DNA of 64,000 nt from Ruminococcus sp. GTDB taxonomy: Bacteria; Bacillota; Clostridia; Oscillospirales; Ruminococcaceae. Both the position numbers and the translations under genes were made by a program. The notes under the pieces are model-generated. The model saw nothing but the letters and a program-made list of their open reading frames with translations, ran no database searches and was not told the origin of the DNA. Positions 27,351-37,909 of this stretch are shown one piece after another; within the stretch, counting starts at the first letter, position 1, and each line of letters begins with the position of its first letter. The stretch is from NCBI RefSeq assembly GCF_016287535.1, contig NZ_JAEFAJ010000003.1, forward strand, positions 1,817 to 65,816, written 5' to 3'.

Positions 27351-28898
27351 TCATAACATACCGCTAACATTTTGTTGTGAACAATCACTAAAAAAATCTA
27401 CTCCGCATTTACTAAAAAGCTTTACTTTTCCTAATGCGGAGAAAATACCAAAATATGCTCCTCCCCAGATAAGCCCGTAAAACAGCATATTCAAAGGGCT
27501 GCATTTTTCAGTTCCTGTTAACACGAAAAACATTTCTCCGGCATACATCGTTACAAACGCCAGTATTACGGGGTAAACCAGTGTTCCACAAAGTACCCTC
27601 CCCGCTCCGGTAACTTTTGTGACCTTGATGAAACGGTTGCAGTTCCCGAAAATGTTGCTAACATAATATGAAACAACTATACCGTAAAAACCTATCCGCG
27701 GTACAAGAACAAGTACGGCAGCAATTCGTATAATGTATTCTGCAAGGTAATTTCCCGATGAAAAGCTCTGCATCCCAAGTCCTTTTATAAGTGCTTCAAG
27801 GACGATCTCCATATATATGAAAGGCACAATAGGAGCAATTATTGTTATCATCCTGCCTGCAAGCTCACCGCCGCCGAGGATATCACCTATCTCCACACCG
27901 AATCTCATAAGAACAGCAGCAGAAAATACCGAAAACATCAGAGTCCATGCCTTCAGCCTCTCCGTGAAGCATCTGATCCTTTTACTGTTCTCAGCAGCAC
28001 GTGCCCTTGCAGCCTCGCTTATTATTATGCCCGACATCGAGCATAATACAACTGACGGGAAGAAAAGAGTCGGCAGAACAATACCTTCAAATATACCGAA
28101 CTTGCTTATAGCGTCTCCTGCCGAATCTCCGTACTGTCTCAGACATACCGGTATGAGAGCGTCATTTGTGCTGCTAAGGACAGCTGTGAGGATACTTCCT
28201 CCCATTATCGGAAAGGAATAACCTGTATACTGCCTGAAGCTCAGGCTGCACTTTCCGCTCCGCTTTTCTCGCAGTATAAAATACGCAATACTGAGCAGCA
28301 GCAGAGACGTGCAGTTGCCTGCGATAATACTGCCTATCAGTATACCGCACACCGTTCCCTCCGTTATATTGCCCGTGACAGCTGTCGTTATTACTATTAC
28401 AGAAGCCTTTACAGCAAACTCGGTTATATCACTTGCAGCTGTTACAGCAGCTCTCCGGCAGGCATTAAAATATCCCTTCAGGCAGGCAGAGACAGCACCT
28501 GTAACAAGTGCGGCAGGCATAAAACGCAGTGCTGCGGTCATTCCGGCACCACTGAAAAACCTTATGCTTATTGGCTCGGCAAGCAGAAATACAGTCACAG
28601 ATACAGCGGTGCTCATTATAATGCACAACCTGACTCCATATCCGAGTATCCCTTCAGGATCACCGTTCTTTTTGCCGAGTTCCTCTGAAACAAGGCGGCT
28701 TATGCAGAGAAATGCGTTGCCGTTTGAAAGGATACCCGCAAGGCCTAAAAATGAACCGGTCAGACTGAGTATGCCAATAGCAGACGCGCCCATCTGCTTT
28801 GTTATGAAAACATTCAGCAGAAGAGCCGCTGAGTCGAGAAAGAGCTGCATAGCGGTAAGCAGTACCGTATCACGAACTATCTTGCTTTTTATTATCAT
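27351..28898 (-). CDS. SpoVB/MurJ-like MOP-superfamily flippase
   Basis: About 14 TM helices; MGASAIG, ISRLVSE, LKGYF motifs. Confidence 0.75.
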   Translation of the reverse strand: MIIKSKIVRDTVLLTAMQLFLDSAALLLNVFITKQMGASAIGILSLTGSFLGLAGILSNGNAFLCISRLVSEELGKKNGDPEGILGYGVRLCIIMSTAVSVTVFLLAEPISIRFFSGAGMTAALRFMPAALVTGAVSACLKGYFNACRRAAVTAASDITEFAVKASVIVITTAVTGNITEGTVCGILIGSIIAGNCTSLLLLSIAYFILREKRSGKCSLSFRQYTGYSFPIMGGSILTAVLSSTNDALIPVCLRQYGDSAGDAISKFGIFEGIVLPTLFFPSVVLCSMSGIIISEAARARAAENSKRIRCFTERLKAWTLMFSVFSAAVLMRFGVEIGDILGGGELAGRMITIIAPIVPFIYMEIVLEALIKGLGMQSFSSGNYLAEYIIRIAAVLVLVPRIGFYGIVVSYYVSNIFGNCNRFIKVTKVTGAGRVLCGTLVYPVILAFVTMYAGEMFFVLTGTEKCSPLNMLFYGLIWGGAYFGIFSALGKVKLFSKCGVDFFSDCSQQNVSGML

Positions 28899-28991
28899 AG
28901 CTTCCTCCAGAATCTGTTTCTACATTCTATGGGGAAAAAGCTCCGAAAATGACAAGACGGACAGTATAAGCTGTCCGTCTGACGTGATATA

Positions 28992-29756
28992 TCATCTTTT
29001 TTTATAAAGCAGCAGTTCAGGCTCCGCACCGTCTTTTCCGTAAGAAGCCACGAGCAGGAAGTCCGCATTTGCGAGTAAGCCGAAGCAGCGTCCGTCTCCC
29101 AGCTCACTTTCAAGCTGATTTCCGAGATAAGTCGCGCTGTCATCGAGAAGCTTCACTGCATTGCCGCCCGGCATAGGATAAGGAATATTGACATAGCAGC
29201 CCACAAGAGCGTTAAGCTTTTCGACCTTTGGCATACCCTTGACATTAAGAGCATTGAATTCGTCGATCAGCTGCTTCTTGAATCTCTCAAACTCACCGCT
29301 GTCCTCAAGCTCCTTGTGATTTTTCCAGTAGTTCAGCTTAGGCAGCATATCCTTCATGTATTCACGGGCCTGCTCCTCGGTGAAGCCCTGTCCTGCCATA
29401 TGCTTTACACATACATCAATAAGGTCGTCCATATTATGGTAGGTGTACTGACCGTCAGCGTAACACCATTTGCAGTAATCCTCGTTGAAGGAACCGTCCT
29501 TTTCCCTGCTTATCAGCGAATTATCAAGCGGCATTCCGCAGCACTGGCATACAAGCTTTCTCGGTGAGCCCAGAAGCTCGTTGATTGAAACATCAAAAAG
29601 TGACGAAAGCTGCTTCAGTGTTTCCGTATTCGGAACAGTATCACCTGTTTCCCAGCGCGACACAGCCTGACGTGTAACAAAAACCTTTTCCGCAAGCTCG
29701 TCCTGAGACATTCCGTGCTTTGTCCTGAGTTCAAATATAATATTTTTAGTATCCAT
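28992..29756 (-). CDS. XRE-family HTH regulator with zinc-ribbon and additional C-terminal domain
   Basis: MSQDELAEKVFVTRQAVSRWETG; CQCCGMPL...YCKWCY; GCAAC-N5-GTTGC palindrome at 29804-29818 in the promoter region. Confidence 0.8.
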   Translation of the reverse strand: MDTKNIIFELRTKHGMSQDELAEKVFVTRQAVSRWETGDTVPNTETLKQLSSLFDVSINELLGSPRKLVCQCCGMPLDNSLISREKDGSFNEDYCKWCYADGQYTYHNMDDLIDVCVKHMAGQGFTEEQAREYMKDMLPKLNYWKNHKELEDSGEFERFKKQLIDEFNALNVKGMPKVEKLNALVGCYVNIPYPMPGGNAVKLLDDSATYLGNQLESELGDGRCFGLLANADFLLVASYGKDGAEPELLLYKKR

Positions 29757-29853
29757 TATCATCACCTCTGATGATATTATAACACAGTCCCTGCAAAAAG
29801 CAAGCAACTGTCTGTTGCCCTTATAAGACGTTAGCAGCTATTGTATCATTACA

Positions 29854-29878
29854 GGACGTCGAGGACGCCGTCCCCTAC
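29854..29878 (-). repeat. GTAG-type REP-like palindrome
   Basis: Minus strand reads GTAGGGGACGGCGTCCTCGACGTCC: GTAG tetranucleotide plus imperfect hairpin, intergenic. Confidence 0.55.
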
Positions 29879-29893
29879 ACTACTCTCTACTCA

Positions 29894-30637
29894 CTATTTT
29901 CTGAGCAGCCTGTCCAGCATTACCTGTCTGCATTCCTTTTCAAGAGTATCATCAAGAGCTTCAATAGCGATATGCTCCTTTTCTCCCCTGTTTATACAGT
30001 ACTCTATCATGTAGTCCGAAATCTCAGGATTTTTTGACAGACAGGGACCGTGAAGATAAGTTGCGATGACATTTTTCTCGAAGTATCCCTCAGCCTCGCT
30101 CTTTGAGCAGTTTCCGTTTCCGTACAGCACCTTTCCGAAGGGAGTTTTCACTCCCTGTGTCTGACCGCCGTGGTTTTCAAAGCCCAGCACCTTCACGTGC
30201 TTTCCTGCGATAGATGTCTCGATAACGATATTACCGATACAGCGCTTTCTGCGGCTGTTCGGAGCAACAGTGAAGTAATCGAAAAGTCCGAGTCCCTTTA
30301 TCTCGTTGCCGTCAGCGTCCCGGTAATATTTTCCCATGAGCTGATATCCGCCGCATATAAGAAACAGGAAAGTACCCTTTTTATATGCGTCGGTTATCCC
30401 CTCCCTGCATTTAAGCAGGTCAGCGGAGATATGCTGCTGTTCAAGGTCGGCGCCGCCGCCGATATATATCAGATCGTAGGAGCTGAAATCAGGCATTTCC
30501 GAATCAATGGAATACTTGTCTATCCGGCAGTCTATCCCTCTCTTTTTGCAGCGGAAGGATAATACCTCCATATTTCCGCTGTCGCCGTAGAGGTCAAGCA
30601 TATCGGCATACATATGAAGTATCTTTATCGTTTTCAT
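29894..30637 (-). CDS. gatD: lipid II isoglutaminyl synthase glutaminase subunit
   Basis: LYGDSGN, ICGGYQLMG, GFENHGG, YLHGP.L.KNP. Confidence 0.88.
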   Translation of the reverse strand: MKTIKILHMYADMLDLYGDSGNMEVLSFRCKKRGIDCRIDKYSIDSEMPDFSSYDLIYIGGGADLEQQHISADLLKCREGITDAYKKGTFLFLICGGYQLMGKYYRDADGNEIKGLGLFDYFTVAPNSRRKRCIGNIVIETSIAGKHVKVLGFENHGGQTQGVKTPFGKVLYGNGNCSKSEAEGYFEKNVIATYLHGPCLSKNPEISDYMIEYCINRGEKEHIAIEALDDTLEKECRQVMLDRLLRK

Positions 30638-31992
30638 TGTTTACCTCCATGCTTTGCGATATAGCGTTTCAGAGCGCTTCGTGTGGGCTGAACTGCGGTA
30701 TAGTTCGCAATAACGAACTTTCTTCCCTCGGTGCTTGCAAGCTCTTCAACAGCCTTGTCAAGATCGGGACGGACTACTATCTTAGCCGGGTCGTAGCCTG
30801 CCGTCTTTATGCGCACAGCTATATCGTAGGCTCTTGTACCGGAGGTAACGACACGTGTAACACGCTCGAAGATACTGAAATTGATATCGTATATCCACGA
30901 TACGTCCAGACCGTCGGCAATATTGTCGTTGAGCACGAAAAGCAGCTCCTTCTCACCCTGCATCTCGTTCATGACGCGGAGAGTCATATTCGCTCCCACG
31001 GGATTCTTGGCAAGATTCAGAGTAGCCTTGCTCTTTCCAAGCATGAAGTTCTCCATGCGTCCGTTTTTCACGGTATAGCTGTTTATAACGCTGTCAGTCA
31101 CCTTCTGGTCGATATTGTAAAGCTTAGCCGCAGCCGCGACAGCCGTCATATTGTAAACATTATAGATACTGTTGAGCTTTGGCGAATAGGTATGACCGTC
31201 CGCTGTGAATACAGGCTTTTCAAGGTCGATATCCTTTGCGGTGATATAGGGCTCATGGCTGCCGAAGCCGCACTTTTTACAGATAAACTTTCCGATGTGG
31301 GAATACTGATAGTAGTCATATTCAAGAGGCTCGCCGCAGAAGGGACAGAAGCGCCCCTCGGAAGCCTCAAATATCTTCTTTGTGGCAAAGGCATATGGCT
31401 CCGCATGGAAGTACCTGACGTTCTTATTACCGGGATTAGCCCTGCCGAGACGTGCGGTATTGGGGTCGTCACCGTTGAGGATAAGATTTCCCTCAAAGGT
31501 CTTGCAGAAACCGTTTATCTTCTGTATCAGGGTCTCCATTTCGCCGTTTCTGTCAAGCTGGTCGCGGAAGAAGTTCAGTACCACAAGAGTATCCAGCTTC
31601 AGCTGCGAATATACCACAGGAACGTGGGATTCGTCGGTTTCGAGTATCAGCATATCAGCTTTTACTCTTCCCGACATATCACAGTATTTCAACAGCATGG
31701 AGCATATGCCCGTATCCAGGTTGTTGCCCTCCTTGTTGATGATGATCTTCTTTCCGCTGCGCTCAAAGAGCTGAGCGATACAGTTTGTGACGGAGGTCTT
31801 TCCGTTTGTTCCTGTTACCGCTATTATAGGACAGTCCATCCTGAACATGGATACCGCCTTATGCCCCGAAAGATGCCACAGGACGATACCGGGAAGGTTT
31901 CCGGCATTCCTGTGCATCAGTTTCAGGAGCTTAACAATGATCTTTCCTATTATTATCAAAAGTCGTTTCAATTTAAATCTCCATTGATTCAT
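30634..31992 (-). CDS. murT: lipid II isoglutaminyl synthase Mur-ligase subunit
   Basis: VTGTNGKT, NFFRDQLDR.GE, CPFC/CKKC zinc finger, LAKNP.G, DVSWIYD; true start may be TTG 31971. Confidence 0.88.
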   Translation of the reverse strand: MNQWRFKLKRLLIIIGKIIVKLLKLMHRNAGNLPGIVLWHLSGHKAVSMFRMDCPIIAVTGTNGKTSVTNCIAQLFERSGKKIIINKEGNNLDTGICSMLLKYCDMSGRVKADMLILETDESHVPVVYSQLKLDTLVVLNFFRDQLDRNGEMETLIQKINGFCKTFEGNLILNGDDPNTARLGRANPGNKNVRYFHAEPYAFATKKIFEASEGRFCPFCGEPLEYDYYQYSHIGKFICKKCGFGSHEPYITAKDIDLEKPVFTADGHTYSPKLNSIYNVYNMTAVAAAAKLYNIDQKVTDSVINSYTVKNGRMENFMLGKSKATLNLAKNPVGANMTLRVMNEMQGEKELLFVLNDNIADGLDVSWIYDINFSIFERVTRVVTSGTRAYDIAVRIKTAGYDPAKIVVRPDLDKAVEELASTEGRKFVIANYTAVQPTRSALKRYIAKHGGKQ

Positions 31993-34900
31993 TTTTCCGT
32001 GCAGGTCACTCTTCCGTCCTCGGAGAAGCCTACCCAGCCGCGGTTTTTAGCCGCCTTTATACCAAGAGACACAGAGGTCTCAAGTGAAGGAGTTATCCTT
32101 GTGAAGCCGAAGAGATGAGCCACCTCCCGGAGAAGGTCCTCACGTGCCATAGCCACCTGACGGGTCATTATCTCCCTTATTCCCACAGCTATCTCCTCAG
32201 GCGCAACATCGTCAATATCACGCTTTTCGTCGTTCTTATATACTGTCCTGCACCTGTCGTACTCCTCAGGCGTCTGAGAAGCGAGCCATACATACTCGTT
32301 TTCGCCTGCCGTTGTTACTTTTTTATCTGCTTTTTCAAATGCTGACTCGAAAAGTGCCTTCATATTTGCGCCGGGACGTGAAATTCCCCAGCATGAGAAG
32401 GTCTTTTTCGCAAGGCTCTTCTTGTTCATGGGAGCTTCAGCAGAAAGGATATCGTTTATGCACTTGGTTATCTTTGCGGAAGCAGCCTCAGTGAAGCTCT
32501 CTGAGGTACCCAGAGCCTTTATCTTGAAGGATCTGAACTCGTCAAAGCTATCGGCAAAGCTGCTTAACTCTTCGGTCTCGAAGACTATCTCCTGCTTTTT
32601 CTTTTCCTCTGCCGCAGGTGCAGCTGAAGGATTCCTGTAACGCTCAACCGCAGCGTCTATCTCAGCCTTTATCTTAGCAAGTACCTTTTCCTTGTTGTCG
32701 AGCCAGTCGATGATATAAACGCTCATGACGTTCCAGCCAAGTCCCCTGAGTACAGCGGGCTGCGAGAGACTTCTGTCGCTGGCTGTGCCGTTGTGGAAAT
32801 AAGCCTCATTGCCGCAGTTTATACCCATGATATAGGTATCTGTCTTGTCGGGATTGACAACTGCCACATCGACCTTGTAATCTGAGCAGCCCACACTGCA
32901 CTTGCAGTCGTAGCCAAGCTTTCTGAGTTCTGCAGCTACTACGGTCTCAAAGCCCTCGGTGCCGCTCTTTGAACCGGCTCTCACAGGAAGAGCGCTCCTG
33001 CCCTTTGCGGCAAATTCAAGGAAGCCTTTGAGCCCCTCAACTCCGTCGGAGCGTGTTCTCGAAAGGTCTATCATATCCGGAGTGATGACAGAGAATACTA
33101 TCATCTTGCACTTTGAACGTGAAATCGCAACATTAAGTCTTCTCCAGCCTCCGTCGCGGTTCAGCGGACCGAAGTTCATTGATACCTTGCCGTCCTTGTC
33201 GGGACCGTAGCCGATAGAGAACATGATAACGTCACGCTCGTCGCCCTGTACGTTTTCAAGATTCTTTATGAGTATGGGCTCGTACATCTCGTTTGCATAC
33301 TCTTCCAGTTTAGGGTCTGCACGGTAAGCATCCATGAGCAGGTCGTCGATAAGGTTCTGCTGAGGCAGACTGAACGTAACTACGCCTATACTCAGCTTCC
33401 TCAGCTTTTCATCTCTCAGCCTGCGGCATATCTCCTCAACAACTGCCTGAGCCTCCGCCTTATTGGTACGTGTGGAGCTCTTGTCGTAGTAGCCCTCGAC
33501 GTGTACCCAGCTCACCTCCGATACCTGATCGTCAGGTGAAGGGAAGGTATAGAGCTTGTTCTCGTAATACTTCGAGTTGCTGTACGCTATAAGGCTCTCA
33601 TGGCGTGAGCGGTAGTGCCAGAGAAGGTGCTTCTGGGGCATAGAAAGCGCAAGACAGTCGTCCAGTACGCTTTCGAGGTCTTCCTTCTCATAGTTCTCTT
33701 CGTCCACCTGATTTGAAGCAAAGAAGCTCGTAGGCGGAAGCTGTTTCGGGTCGCCTACGACAATAACGTTCTCGCCTCTTGCGATAGCTCCCACTGCCTC
33801 GCAGGTGGGGAGCTGTGAAGCCTCGTCGAAGATAACGAGGTCAAATTTCGGATATGACGGGTCTATATACTGAGCCACGGAAATAGGGCTCATGAGCATT
33901 ACAGGACACATTCTGCGCAGCAGGTTTGGTATGCTGTCAAAAAGCTTGCGTATGGACATCATTCTGCCGCCTGACTTTATTGCCTTCTGGAGTATTCCTA
34001 TCTCGGAGCTGTTTGCCGAGCTGCCGGGTGTGGGTATCTTCGCTGAGAGATCAGCCGCAAGCTCCTTTATGGACAGAGTCGAGAAGTTATCCAGTACCTC
34101 CCCGAATTTCCTGATCGTATCCTCAAACAGTGTTCCCTGGAATTTAGCAAGCTCGCTTGTACGGGAAATAGTGCTTGTGACCATTGCCTTGCTGATATCG
34201 CAGTCAAATGCGGGGATAAGCTCCTCTGTCGGGACTTCGCCGTTTATATAAGCGTCGGCAACATTTCCTATACCGTACTCTCTCAGCTTATTGCAGATTG
34301 TAACGATTCCTGTCCATTCCTTCAGCTGCGGAAGCGCCTCAACAACAGCGTCTGCCTTCATCTGAGCGTCGCTGCCCCAGTTCTCGCCGGTTATGAGCTT
34401 GTCCGTATTGATTCCGAAGCTGCTTCTCAGTTCTGATGCCACTTTTTCAAGGGCGGCATAATCAGCGGTTATCTTTGAGGTATCGCCGTTTACGCCTGTG
34501 GTAAGGCTCTCGCAGAGCTTCTGCTTTATATCAGCGCTGAATGTGGAAGCCGCAACTCTCTCCCCAAGCTCCGAGGAACGGGAAACAATACTCTCAATGC
34601 TGCTCCAGTCCGCGTTCTCATCAAGCTTCAGTGTACCGAAATACTTCACCAGCTCCGGCTGAGCCGACGCTACCTGCTCTTTCAGAGCGCTGAACTGATT
34701 TATCTTATCATAATACTGTGTGATATTATCCTTTGTTACAGTCGAAGCCGATTTAGCGTGAGCCGCAAGCTCCTTTACAAGCTTTTTGCTGCCCATGCTC
34801 TTGGCAAGGAACCATTTGCCCTGTGCTGTCTTCCACCTTACAAGGGCGTCGGAAGCGTTATAATTCAGGACTGACGGCTCAAACTGTGACAGGAGCTCGT

Positions 34901-37760
34901 CCTTTGCCTGTGAAAGCTCCTTACCGGTAGATATAAGTGCCTGCGCAGGCTCCTTGAAGCCGTTCCAGCGGCTGTCGGAAATTATATCCGGCAGGAGCTG
35001 CTCCCCCTTAGCGGAGGCTGTGATTATCTCCGCAGCAAGCTTGCACTCCTCAAAGGTCATTTCATCGCTTCCGGTAAACGAAGCAAGCTGCGCGGTATCG
35101 CTTTGTGCAGCAGTAAGCGCCTTTTTCAGCTCGCCGAGCTTTGCTTCCATAGCTCCTCTTGTTTCGGGAGTACAGGAGGTTAGCTCGCACACTCCGAGAG
35201 CGGTTGTTGTAACGTCGCCGAACTCCCTGCCTGCCGCGGCAAGGCTCTCCAGAGTCTCACGCCATGCGGAATAGGAAGTCTCGCTCATAGCGTCAAGCTG
35301 CTCGTTGGTGAATGTAAACTTTCCGCCGAAGCTGCTGTTCTTCTCATATCTTACAGCTGCGTCGTACATAGAGCAGCCGAAATTGCGCTTCTTGTGTATC
35401 TCCTCCATAGTGCCGTTGAGCTCTTTCCTCATTTCGGCTATCTTGTCAGCCTGTGCCTTGTACTCGGCAGGCTTCTTGATACGTCCCACATTGAGAGTTT
35501 CCTCAAGCTGCTTGAGGACCGCTCTCTTCTGCGCCTTATTGGAGTGGAGCTCTATGCAGAAGGGGCCGAGACCTACCTTGTTCAGTCGCTTTTCAACTAC
35601 CGACAGAGCTGCCATCTTCTCAGCGACGAAAAGCACGGATTTGCCCTGATACAGAGCGCTTGCTATCATATTGGTTATAGTCTGTGACTTGCCGCTTCCG
35701 GGAGGTCCGTGAAGCACGAAGCTCTTGCCCTGTGAAGCTGCGTATACCGCCGCAAGCTGGGACGAATCCGCACTCAGCGGCACAACAAGATCAGTGGGAG
35801 CTACATTGTTGTCAAGGTCAAGGGGAGATATGTAGAGATCGTCCCCTGCCCATTCGGTCTTGCCGGAAATAAGACTTGCGACTACCTTGTTCTTTGCCAG
35901 CTCGTCAGCACGGTTACGTATATCGTTCCACATAATGAAACGGTTGAAAGAGAAATGTCCTATAAAGGCATAGTCCACTATATCCCAGCGGGGCTGAGAC
36001 ATGATATTCTGTCTTACAGTATTGAGTATGAGCTGGAGATTTACTCCGTTCTCATCCTCTGGAACAGGATCAAGTCCTTTAATATCAATACCGAAGGTCT
36101 GACGGATATACTCCAGCATGGTTATATTGACCTGAGTATCCTCGTCACGCATACGTATAACGTAAGCCTTTTCCTGTACCTTGCGGATAATATCTACAGG
36201 GACGAGGACAAGGGGAGCATACCTCGGCTTGTCGCTCTTTTCGGTCTCGTACCAGCGCAGGAAGCCAAGTGCCAGATAGATAGTGTTTACGCCGTTTTCC
36301 TCCATGCTGGTCTTTGCCTGCCTGTGAAGCTTCTTCATTATCTTTTCAAGGTCTGCTTCCTTCATAAAGGTGCGCAGACGATGACTCTTGAACTCCGACT
36401 CGGATATTGTAGCTATGATATCCTTTTCGTTTTCGATCTCGTATATCTTGCTGTCGGACATCTGAAGGGTCATATCGTTAGGCATGGGCATAACCTTGAA
36501 GTCCTCGCCCTTTGATATCTCGTCCTCCAGTACGCCGAGGTCGCTTATCATGAGCTGAACGCTCATGGCTGTAGCACGGAAGTTCAGCAGGCTGTTCCTC
36601 AGGCTCATGTCAAGGAGCTTCCTCTCCCACATTACCTGTTTTGTGACCTCTCTTGCCTCTCCGCTGACTGCCTGTGCGGAAATATCTATCTCATTGGGAG
36701 CAGAAGTTATCTCCGACTTCTTACGTGCGCCGTAGTCCACAGCCTTGAAGGTTCCGTCCTCCGATACTCTCGACGGAACGGGACGTATGCCGCTGGAACG
36801 TGTACGGCTTATATCTATGGCAAAGCAGAATTTAGACTCGTCGTCAAGGTGAGCGGCTGCATGGTTCTCAGCACTGTCAAAATCTGTATTCTTTCCTGCT
36901 ACGAAGTCGGTACACTCCACCACGCTTATAGCGTCTATACCGTGGGCTATACGCTTTGTGAGAGCCGACATATCATACTGTATGCAGTCCGAGAAGGTCT
37001 CGTTTTCAAGCCAGCAGCCCGCGAAGGCGTGTCCCTGTGTCATAACTATCATGGGATTCAGTCCGGCAGCTTCAAGGCATGAGCAGTAGAGCACCGCAAG
37101 ATCAAGACAGGTACCCTGTTTTCCTTCGAGGACAGCGTCGGGCATACGTATGCGCTGAGCCTCCTCAAAGCTCGCAGGCGGCATGGTATAGGCTATGTTC
37201 TGCTCCTGAAGGGCTGCGTATACTGCACCCATCTGCTGCTTAACTATATTCGGGTTCTTTGTCTGATATCCGGTAAAAGCAGGATCGCCGCACCATTTTT
37301 TCAGGTAAGCACCGGCTGCGGCAACTATCTCCTGCACCTTTGGGTGGTTTGGAGAAACAAAGGCTGCGGCAGTTTCCGGCATAAAATTGATACCTGACCA
37401 CTGGTCGTAGGCAAGGAGCTCGATATTACGGCTCTCCTCGGCTATGACCTCTTCGCCCTGCAGAGCCTGTATGGTAACGCTTCCCACAAGCTTTTCAGTC
37501 AGGCTGAAAAGATAGTCCGAAAGAAGTATGATATTGACGGGAGAAATCTCCACAGGCTCTGACGGTCTGAGATCCACGGGAACAGCTTCAAAGGTCTTGG
37601 CAAATTCCGGTTCAAAGCTGATCCTGAGACGCACGTTTTTCAGTTCCTCGCCGGTATTGTTGGTCATTACCATATTTCTGAACACGGGAACATAGTTCTG
37701 CTGCATCGCAAAATTGATCTGCGCGGTCATATTGCCGCCAAAAGTTATCTTGTTTTCCAT
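31989..37760 (-). CDS. DUF4011-SF1 helicase-Vsr/MTES_1575-like nuclease-DUF3320 protein (Hhe-like) with N-terminal transglutaminase-like domain
   Basis: WERKLLDMSLRNSLLNF, GPPGSGKSQT, FDEASQ, GDPKQLPP, HYRS, ENVQGDERD, RRLNVAISR; N-terminal GTCLDLA...GHAFAG. Confidence 0.85.
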   Translation of the reverse strand: MENKITFGGNMTAQINFAMQQNYVPVFRNMVMTNNTGEELKNVRLRISFEPEFAKTFEAVPVDLRPSEPVEISPVNIILLSDYLFSLTEKLVGSVTIQALQGEEVIAEESRNIELLAYDQWSGINFMPETAAAFVSPNHPKVQEIVAAAGAYLKKWCGDPAFTGYQTKNPNIVKQQMGAVYAALQEQNIAYTMPPASFEEAQRIRMPDAVLEGKQGTCLDLAVLYCSCLEAAGLNPMIVMTQGHAFAGCWLENETFSDCIQYDMSALTKRIAHGIDAISVVECTDFVAGKNTDFDSAENHAAAHLDDESKFCFAIDISRTRSSGIRPVPSRVSEDGTFKAVDYGARKKSEITSAPNEIDISAQAVSGEAREVTKQVMWERKLLDMSLRNSLLNFRATAMSVQLMISDLGVLEDEISKGEDFKVMPMPNDMTLQMSDSKIYEIENEKDIIATISESEFKSHRLRTFMKEADLEKIMKKLHRQAKTSMEENGVNTIYLALGFLRWYETEKSDKPRYAPLVLVPVDIIRKVQEKAYVIRMRDEDTQVNITMLEYIRQTFGIDIKGLDPVPEDENGVNLQLILNTVRQNIMSQPRWDIVDYAFIGHFSFNRFIMWNDIRNRADELAKNKVVASLISGKTEWAGDDLYISPLDLDNNVAPTDLVVPLSADSSQLAAVYAASQGKSFVLHGPPGSGKSQTITNMIASALYQGKSVLFVAEKMAALSVVEKRLNKVGLGPFCIELHSNKAQKRAVLKQLEETLNVGRIKKPAEYKAQADKIAEMRKELNGTMEEIHKKRNFGCSMYDAAVRYEKNSSFGGKFTFTNEQLDAMSETSYSAWRETLESLAAAGREFGDVTTTALGVCELTSCTPETRGAMEAKLGELKKALTAAQSDTAQLASFTGSDEMTFEECKLAAEIITASAKGEQLLPDIISDSRWNGFKEPAQALISTGKELSQAKDELLSQFEPSVLNYNASDALVRWKTAQGKWFLAKSMGSKKLVKELAAHAKSASTVTKDNITQYYDKINQFSALKEQVASAQPELVKYFGTLKLDENADWSSIESIVSRSSELGERVAASTFSADIKQKLCESLTTGVNGDTSKITADYAALEKVASELRSSFGINTDKLITGENWGSDAQMKADAVVEALPQLKEWTGIVTICNKLREYGIGNVADAYINGEVPTEELIPAFDCDISKAMVTSTISRTSELAKFQGTLFEDTIRKFGEVLDNFSTLSIKELAADLSAKIPTPGSSANSSEIGILQKAIKSGGRMMSIRKLFDSIPNLLRRMCPVMLMSPISVAQYIDPSYPKFDLVIFDEASQLPTCEAVGAIARGENVIVVGDPKQLPPTSFFASNQVDEENYEKEDLESVLDDCLALSMPQKHLLWHYRSRHESLIAYSNSKYYENKLYTFPSPDDQVSEVSWVHVEGYYDKSSTRTNKAEAQAVVEEICRRLRDEKLRKLSIGVVTFSLPQQNLIDDLLMDAYRADPKLEEYANEMYEPILIKNLENVQGDERDVIMFSIGYGPDKDGKVSMNFGPLNRDGGWRRLNVAISRSKCKMIVFSVITPDMIDLSRTRSDGVEGLKGFLEFAAKGRSALPVRAGSKSGTEGFETVVAAELRKLGYDCKCSVGCSDYKVDVAVVNPDKTDTYIMGINCGNEAYFHNGTASDRSLSQPAVLRGLGWNVMSVYIIDWLDNKEKVLAKIKAEIDAAVERYRNPSAAPAAEEKKKQEIVFETEELSSFADSFDEFRSFKIKALGTSESFTEAASAKITKCINDILSAEAPMNKKSLAKKTFSCWGISRPGANMKALFESAFEKADKKVTTAGENEYVWLASQTPEEYDRCRTVYKNDEKRDIDDVAPEEIAVGIREIMTRQVAMAREDLLREVAHLFGFTRITPSLETSVSLGIKAAKNRGWVGFSEDGRVTCTEK

Positions 37761-37909
37761 ACAGTCCTCCATTCTGCCATAGGCGAAACATAATACTATT
37801 TCTATAATACCACATTTTGATTAATTTTACAATATCAAGCGCGGAAAAAGTAAACAAAAAGCTGCCCGGAGGCAGCTTCAAAGCTTACTGTTACGTTATA
37901 TCCCTGCGG

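Noticed and set aside
30637-32118. 493-aa plus-strand ORF
   Set aside because: Lies antisense to murT over nearly its whole length, with no RBS or motifs; a codon-bias shadow, like the other antisense ORFs over polC, the his genes and the helicase.
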